Origin: an uncultured virus (IMG/VR IMGVR_UViG_3300027973_000051)
Taxonomy: Duplodnaviria > Heunggongvirae > Uroviricota > Caudoviricetes
Virus record (IMG/VR): IMGVR_UViG_3300027973_000051
Direction: 5' to 3' (one strand)
Length of the DNA: 64,000 nt
A model generated the notes under the pieces. It searched no databases, was not told the DNA's origin, and was given only the letters and a program-made list of their open reading frames with translations. Each line of letters opens with the position of its first letter. Within the stretch, counting starts at the first letter, position 1. Both the position numbers and the translations under genes were made by a program. Positions 58,656 through 64,000 of the stretch are shown here, in pieces.

Positions 58656-59092
58656 TATGCACCGATCTCTTTCCACTCAGTACCGCTATAAACATACATA
58701 GTAAGTGGTGATGAAGATGAATCAACCCAAAGCATTCCAACCGTTAAATCTGTTGTTGGAGCAGTTGAAGCATAACTTGCTGCAGCAGGTGTTGCCTCAG
58801 AAATTGCTGTTGAATTTGAGTCTACCCAAATAAAACCTTCTAGTGGGGCAGATGGCTTTGTTGAACTATACTCTGCACCAGTTCCAAGTTCTTCTTGATC
58901 TGTTACTCTGTCAGATAGAGCCTTAAGATGTCCTGCAACAGAGTTTGCTGGAATAAGTGATACATCTGTATTTGTTGGATCATAAGTTGAAGATCCGTAG
59001 TGAAAAAGTTTAAGCGCTGCCTGAATATCTGCTGGATCATCGTATCCAGGAACTTTAGTTGGGTAGAGTGCCCCTATATTTTCTGCAGCCAT
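58655..59092 (-). CDS. Short fibre-like virion protein
   Basis: ADIQAALK..HYG; repeated P....G.IWVDS motif. Confidence 0.55.
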   Translation of the reverse strand: MAAENIGALYPTKVPGYDDPADIQAALKLFHYGSSTYDPTNTDVSLIPANSVAGHLKALSDRVTDQEELGTGAEYSSTKPSAPLEGFIWVDSNSTAISEATPAAASYASTAPTTDLTVGMLWVDSSSSPLTMYVYSGTEWKEIGA

Positions 59093-59100
59093 ACATAAGA

Positions 59101-59679
59101 TTATACCACAGAAATAGACATATGAACGGTATAAGTATTATCTGGAAGTGGTGCCCAATTAGTACCGTCAAATTGTATTGCTGTTAAAGTAATTGGCAAT
59201 GTGTTTGACAGTGTTACTTCTCCCACCCCAATAGACACAGAAACAGGTCCAGTTGTATTAATTACACTTGCCTGAATATTAAAACTAGCAGCAGTTACTA
59301 CGCCAATTCTATCTGATGGAACAATGTCAATAAGATTAATAGCAAATTCAGCAATACCGTCAGTAAATGACTTGCTTGCATAATTCTTATTAAAAAGGTT
59401 GGGGATTAATCTAAACAATCTCTTCCAAGTAAGGGTTCCGTCTTGTGATATATATTGGTACATATAAAGGTATTCATCACTTTGTGGTCCAACATTAATT
59501 ACCATGTCATTTAACTGATACCCGCTTGGAAGCAGATTAGGAAAATCATTTGGACTATCAGAAAGATTATAGATATAACTTCCACGAGATCCTGCTGGAC
59601 CAAAATCAACTTCAACATTTACTGTTGATGGTCCACCAAAAACTGTTAAATCTTCTGAGGAAACAACTATCTCTGCCAC
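59101..59679 (-). CDS. Virion structural protein
   Basis: DFGPAGSRGS short collagen-like start; located in structural cluster. Confidence 0.5.
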   Translation of the reverse strand: MAEIVVSSEDLTVFGGPSTVNVEVDFGPAGSRGSYIYNLSDSPNDFPNLLPSGYQLNDMVINVGPQSDEYLYMYQYISQDGTLTWKRLFRLIPNLFNKNYASKSFTDGIAEFAINLIDIVPSDRIGVVTAASFNIQASVINTTGPVSVSIGVGEVTLSNTLPITLTAIQFDGTNWAPLPDNTYTVHMSISVV

Positions 59680-60053
59680 TAGATTGCTCCAGTGACATCT
59701 TCAGTAACTGATATTGTTCCAGTAAGGAGCGTGTGAATTACTGGAGTTGTTCCTGGCTTTGTAACCTGAACATCGTATACATATGTCAATGACGAACTTA
59801 GATTTCTTCCAGTTCCTGGAATTATTGTACACGTAATATAAAATGGTCCGTCAACGCCGTCTTGCTTAATTTCTGCCAATGCCTCTATTTGTCCAGATAC
59901 GCCAGATGAACCACGTGATGGTGCAATTGTAAAAGCAGCACTTCCATAATCTGTTAAATCAAAATATGCTCCGCTAGAAATTTTTGGGAAAATGTTAAAC
60001 TCAAAGGTATCACCCTTGTAGTAATTAAAATTATATGTGCCTGGAAATGCCAT
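59679..60053 (-). CDS. BppU-like virion adaptor protein (paralogue 2)
   Basis: YKGDTF...YVYDVQV...TLLTGTISVTEDVT. Confidence 0.55.
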   Translation of the reverse strand: MAFPGTYNFNYYKGDTFEFNIFPKISSGAYFDLTDYGSAAFTIAPSRGSSGVSGQIEALAEIKQDGVDGPFYITCTIIPGTGRNLSSSLTYVYDVQVTKPGTTPVIHTLLTGTISVTEDVTGAI

Positions 60054-60060
60054 AGAATTA

Positions 60061-60795
60061 TTATACCACGCTGACGTATACAGAATTAAGGATTACTGAT
60101 GCATCATAGTCTGTTCTGAGTTGAGGGACTGCTCCATTGCCCCACATTTTTTGGTTTTCAATAAAAATCTGCTGAGTAAAGGATATGTTATAAACATGTT
60201 GATATTTGAAAGACCCAATTAATGATGCAACCTCTTGTTCATGGCTTGGGAAAAAAGTTCTTAGCCAAACCTCTGTATTTGTATTAAATGTTGTTAGTTC
60301 AAAGTTATAAGTTATAAAGACTTGCGCTCCCACATTTAATCCTTTAAAATTTAACATCTTTGAATGTGAATTCCAAAAACTTACACAGTCACTTGGTAAA
60401 AACTCTTCATTAGATTCACCAGAAACCATTTGTAAGTTTACCCAACCATCGATTCCTTTTGTGGCTCCAAGTCTTATATCTGATGGAGAACCATTAAAAT
60501 ATGATGCCCAACCTGCTTGCTGTCCTGAAGAAGATAGAGAACTTTTACCATCTTTACCGTTTGGACCTTGAATTCCTTTTGGTCCTGTTTTTCCTTCTGG
60601 TCCTTGAGGTCCTTCTTTACCATCTTTTCCATCTTTACCATCTCTTCCTGCGGGACCTTGTGGACCTTGGGGCCCAGGGACTGGAAGGAAAGAAAGAGTA
60701 TTTTCTTGATAAGGAGATGACTGACTCTGTTCTACTTGTGCAGCATAAGAAGATTTTTTTGCATTAGGAAAGTCCATAGATTTAGAAGCAGCCAT
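60061..60795 (-). CDS. Collagen-repeat virion protein
   Basis: About 15 Gly-X-Y triplets (GPQGPQGPAGRDGKD...). Confidence 0.75.
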   Translation of the reverse strand: MAASKSMDFPNAKKSSYAAQVEQSQSSPYQENTLSFLPVPGPQGPQGPAGRDGKDGKDGKEGPQGPEGKTGPKGIQGPNGKDGKSSLSSSGQQAGWASYFNGSPSDIRLGATKGIDGWVNLQMVSGESNEEFLPSDCVSFWNSHSKMLNFKGLNVGAQVFITYNFELTTFNTNTEVWLRTFFPSHEQEVASLIGSFKYQHVYNISFTQQIFIENQKMWGNGAVPQLRTDYDASVILNSVYVSVV

Positions 60796-60815
60796 AAGGA
60801 CATTATCTCACTGTA

Positions 60816-60902
60816 TTATTTGTTTACTTTAAAGACTTTGTTTTTAATTCTAATTACTGGTGGCAACTCAGGTCTTGGAGTTGTTACTTTAACTACCGCC
60901 AT
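60816..60902 (-). CDS. Micro-ORF (28 aa, basic)
   Basis: Not in ORF track: MAVVKVTTPRPELPPVIRIKNKVFKVNK; TAATG coupling. Confidence 0.45.
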   Translation of the reverse strand: MAVVKVTTPRPELPPVIRIKNKVFKVNK

Positions 60903-61282
60903 TATAGGCTACCTGTAATATCTCCGATTACAGAGATAGTTCCAATCAAAGGTGTCCATACGGTATCTGAATCAATAGTTACTTGCAGATCAAAAGTTAA
61001 TTCTGTTACAACTGATTTAAAACCAGTTCCCCAATTAGCGGTCAAGGAAGCGGGAGCCATAATATCTACATATCCAACTCCTGGGGTAATTTCCAGGGAG
61101 TCAAGGAAGTCAGACTGAGGATCATAAGATGTAGCCTCATATGTCCAATCAGAGGTATCAAAATATGTTATTTCATCATCCTGTAAAAATTCAACTCTAA
61201 GCGGAGAGGTATCTCCTCTAACAATATTCCATTTAATACGAGCAGGGTCTGCTCCAAATATCTCAGGTGAACAAAGATTCAT
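60902..61282 (-). CDS. BppU-like virion adaptor protein (paralogue 3)
   Basis: VRGDT...FDLQV...WTPLIGTISVIGDIT; start re-called to MNLCSPE, 9 nt after TGGTATAAT. Confidence 0.55.
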   Translation of the reverse strand: MNLCSPEIFGADPARIKWNIVRGDTSPLRVEFLQDDEITYFDTSDWTYEATSYDPQSDFLDSLEITPGVGYVDIMAPASLTANWGTGFKSVVTELTFDLQVTIDSDTVWTPLIGTISVIGDITGSL

Positions 61283-61302
61283 AATACCTAGATTATACCA
61301 TG

Positions 61303-61357
61303 AAAAAAGACTAGTACTCAGGCTGGTGGGTATGAGAGACAAACCAGAGTACTAGTC
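61303..61357 (-). ncRNA. Candidate small hairpin RNA (or terminator)
   Basis: GACTAGTACTC-TGGT...ACCA-GCCT-GAGTACTAGTC followed by TTTTTT, starting 7 nt after TGATATACT. Confidence 0.4.
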
Positions 61358-61419
61358 AAATAAAAGTATATCATATCAGTACAATTTGGACATTGATATT
61401 TAAAGTTATCAAATTGTTA

Positions 61420-61560
61420 TTGTCTATTATGTCCGTTTTGTCTATTATGTAATAACTCATCAGAAAAGGGATAGTGTATACTAAATATATATAAGAAGAA
61501 AGAACTATCTTTAAGTTAAGTTTTTAGTATATCTTATATATTATATATAGTATATAGAAA
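61420..61560. other. AT-rich intergenic tract with direct repeat (origin-like)
   Basis: TTGTCTATTATGT x2 (61420, 61438), then TA-rich runs; at a divergent strand switch. Confidence 0.35.
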
Positions 61561-61567
61561 GAATAAA

Positions 61568-62467
61568 ATGAATCAATTTTACGACAAATACTTTTCTGGA
61601 AACTTAATAGGTGCAACTCGTGGTGGATTCAATAAACGTGGGGAAGCAATAGAAAGCAATACAACGTATGATGGTGTATGTCCAGATTGTGATCATTATG
61701 GTGATTGTGCTATTGTAAGAAAAGGTAATATTTATCCAGATCCCTTAATAACTTACAAGATAAATAACTACGGATATAGGTCTGATGATATCACAAAAGA
61801 AGATGCACTAAATAATTTTATATTTTCTGGATGCTCAAATACTTTTGGAATAGGCGTTCCAATTGAATCTATTTGGGCCCATCAAATTAATGAAGAACTT
61901 GGTGGAGAAAAATTTATAAATCTTGGAATGAATAGCGGGTCTCATAAAACAATAGTTTTTGATATATTTAGATACATTAAAAATTTTGGAAAACCTAAAG
62001 GTGTCTTTGTTCTTTTTCCAAACATGGAGCGACATATAGGATTTAGCAAAGATAAAGATAAGAATATTTTTATACTAGTTTATAGAAATCCTAGAGGCAG
62101 AGAAGATATGCAAAAATGCCTAGATGCAATACCAGAAGATGTTGCATGGTTTGAGTTCTATCATACTGTTATGATGCTTGAAGATTATTTGGAACAACTT
62201 GATATTCCTTTGGTTTGGGCTACTTGGGATGAAAAACTTAATAAAAAAATACTAGGAACAAAAGGTTTTAGAAATTATGTAAATACTGAAAACTTTGATA
62301 TATTTGATAGAACAAAGGCTCTTGGAAAACCAGATAAATTTAAAAATAGGTATTGGGAAATAGCAAGAGACCTTTCTCATATGGGAACAAAATCACATAT
62401 GTTTTACTATCAATTATTAATTGATGAATGGAGGAATAAATATGAGAAGAATAATCAATCGAGTTAG
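61568..62467 (+). CDS. SGNH hydrolase/acyltransferase-like protein
   Basis: FSGCSNTFG (block I), INLG, C-terminal RDLSHMG (DxxH). Confidence 0.6.
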   Translation: MNQFYDKYFSGNLIGATRGGFNKRGEAIESNTTYDGVCPDCDHYGDCAIVRKGNIYPDPLITYKINNYGYRSDDITKEDALNNFIFSGCSNTFGIGVPIESIWAHQINEELGGEKFINLGMNSGSHKTIVFDIFRYIKNFGKPKGVFVLFPNMERHIGFSKDKDKNIFILVYRNPRGREDMQKCLDAIPEDVAWFEFYHTVMMLEDYLEQLDIPLVWATWDEKLNKKILGTKGFRNYVNTENFDIFDRTKALGKPDKFKNRYWEIARDLSHMGTKSHMFYYQLLIDEWRNKYEKNNQSS

Positions 62468-62516
62468 GTTTTATTTTTTTAAAAAGAAGAATAAAAATAG
62501 AGATTATATTTACTGA
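62442..62516 (+). CDS. Micro-ORF (24 aa, basic)
   Basis: GGAGGA RBS; MRRIINRVRFYFFKKKNKNRDYIY. Confidence 0.4.
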   Translation: MRRIINRVRFYFFKKKNKNRDYIY

Positions 62517-62776
62517 GTAAATCTATCTATGTGTTTAATTAGCACATCATACATCTTATCAATCTTATCTTCTTGACGATTTCTAGATGTTAAAGAATCA
62601 ATTCTTTGATCCTCAAGTGCAATTTCTAATCTATTGACCTGATCTTTGAGGCTTGATCCAGAATTGGGCTTAAGTTCTGCTAAATAATGTTTTACAAGCC
62701 ACTTGATTGCTCCCGCAAGAACTGCTACAATTGTAAGTACGGATACGGCAAGTGCTGCCCAGTCTTGAAGTGTCAT
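62510..62776 (-). CDS. Membrane protein (holin-like, actinophage type)
   Basis: Single N-terminal TM helix, LKPNSGSSLKDQV motif, coiled coil; start re-called to MTLQD. Confidence 0.6.
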   Translation of the reverse strand: MTLQDWAALAVSVLTIVAVLAGAIKWLVKHYLAELKPNSGSSLKDQVNRLEIALEDQRIDSLTSRNRQEDKIDKMYDVLIKHIDRFTQ

Positions 62777-62808
62777 AACTATATTATTATACAAGGAGTT
62801 TTAGAAAA

Positions 62809-63579
62809 ATGAAAACAGCCATACTTAAAACACTGGAGTATTCTCAAAATTTAATTATATCTCCAGATATGGATGGTTTTCTTTCCGCCGAGTTATTAAA
62901 TCGTTATAACGGTTCTAAAGTCGTCGGTACATATGATAAAAACATTCTTTGTCTTTCCGACGATATAACAATAGAAGATTGTTTGTTTGTTGATTGCGAT
63001 ATGAATCGTTCGGAATATGTTTCAATCGGAAATCATATGCGCCGATTAGATGACGGTATGTCAATTAAATCTTTTAATCCGAATGTACACTTCGCCGTAA
63101 CAACATATACTGACAAGTTTCCATATGCAACGGCTTTTTTAGTCGCCGACGCAATAGAGGCTCCTACATCCCAAGAAGACCACATTCGCATGGCCTATGC
63201 TGACTCTACATTACGCAATATGGAAAATTACAGCGATAACATGCGATCTTGGTCTATGAGAATGAATCATCCTTCAATATCTTACATAATGGACAATTCG
63301 GACATTATAAAAGAGGCAGATAATAAACTTCGAGAGGTATATCCAAACCAATCTTTTACATCTAAGAGGTTTGGTAAGAAGAGGTACATAGAAGCCCTTA
63401 ACAAGGCATTTGAGGACCTTTCAATGGATTACCTACCACTGACCCAGGGTATCAAATTGTTATCAGACAAAGTAGGCTTAAACACCGTTATGCGATATAA
63501 TAAAGATATCATCTCATATGCAGAAGTATTTGGTGGAGAGTATAGCGTTACCTATGATCAGGAGATAGAGTGGAAGTAG
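62809..63579 (+). CDS. DHH-family phosphoesterase-like protein
   Basis: ISPDMDG, LFVDCD, GNH motifs; AAGGAG RBS. Confidence 0.55.
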   Translation: MKTAILKTLEYSQNLIISPDMDGFLSAELLNRYNGSKVVGTYDKNILCLSDDITIEDCLFVDCDMNRSEYVSIGNHMRRLDDGMSIKSFNPNVHFAVTTYTDKFPYATAFLVADAIEAPTSQEDHIRMAYADSTLRNMENYSDNMRSWSMRMNHPSISYIMDNSDIIKEADNKLREVYPNQSFTSKRFGKKRYIEALNKAFEDLSMDYLPLTQGIKLLSDKVGLNTVMRYNKDIISYAEVFGGEYSVTYDQEIEWK

Positions 63580-64000
63580 AGTTTTATTGTAAGGATTCTA
63601 GAGAGGCTTTTCTGCAATCAGAGAGTGTGGATTTGTTTTTCACTCACCCGCCGTATTTTGTAACAAACAAATATCATTATGGTGGAGACCTAGCCTTGCA
63701 ATTACAAAATAAAAAAGATTATTTTGCATATTTAGATGCCTATATCCAATGTATTAAAAATATGGAAACTGCTCTAAAGGACACTGGCTCAGCGATTATC
63801 ATATTAAAAAATTATGAACACTCATTTGATATCATAGCCAAAATCAAAAGTGAAACAAATCTAATAATCACAAAAAGTCTTATTTGGGACTATTCCGATA
63901 GTGTATTTTTACAGCATAACCAAGAAAGAACTGGAGATGAGTTTGCTATTATGCTTCTTCTTCATAAAAGACATAGTGTGCCTAGATATGAGCATTTAGA
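63570..64000 (+). CDS. Partial DNA amino-methyltransferase (beta-class-like)
   Basis: Not in ORF track. GTG start after CAGGAG; D...ESVDLFFTHPPYF...ALKDTGS...LIWD; open to window end. Confidence 0.7.
   Translation, partial: MEVEFYCKDSREAFLQSESVDLFFTHPPYFVTNKYHYGGDLALQLQNKKDYFAYLDAYIQCIKNMETALKDTGSAIIILKNYEHSFDIIAKIKSETNLIITKSLIWDYSDSVFLQHNQERTGDEFAIMLLLHKRHSVPRYEHL

Noticed and set aside
1..64000. Stop-codon reassignment
   Set aside because: Core genes are full length in the standard code and TAA, TAG and TGA all occur as terminal stops.
1..64000. tRNA, rRNA, integrase or transposase
   Set aside because: No cloverleaf or recognisable motifs found by eye in the short intergenic gaps; a tRNA scan would be decisive.

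Overview
A 64 kb, AT-rich fragment of a large tailed dsDNA phage (siphovirus-type, long tape measure), almost entirely on the minus strand. It contains terminase genes, a bacterial-type replication/recombination module (RuvC-like, Cas4-like, RecA, MazG, DnaE, SSB, primase, DnaB), tail and head modules, a class II ribonucleotide reductase, and a ~17 kb fibre/appendage region. An actinobacterial host (possibly low-GC freshwater Actinobacteria) is inferred from many leaderless extended -10 promoters, a PNSGSSLKD-type membrane protein, a PASTA domain and the gene set; this is inference only. The most unusual signal is a module that occurs twice: a fibre/adaptor gene with a shared C-terminal domain, then a surface-type protein ending in an almost uncharged Phe-rich repeat fused to a Ser-initiated Hint (intein-like) domain, then putative modifying enzymes. 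One copy is a Pro/Thr mucin-like Cys-rich protein followed by a prolyl-hydroxylase-like 2OG-Fe(II) oxygenase and a GT60-like GlcNAc transferase, suggesting a self-cleaving, glycosylated virion appendage. Other signals include tail chaperones G and GT apparently encoded by duplication rather than frameshift, a candidate ~55 nt small RNA, an origin-like AT tract, and an HPPY-motif DNA methyltransferase. All calls are from reading the sequence by eye; no database searches were run.
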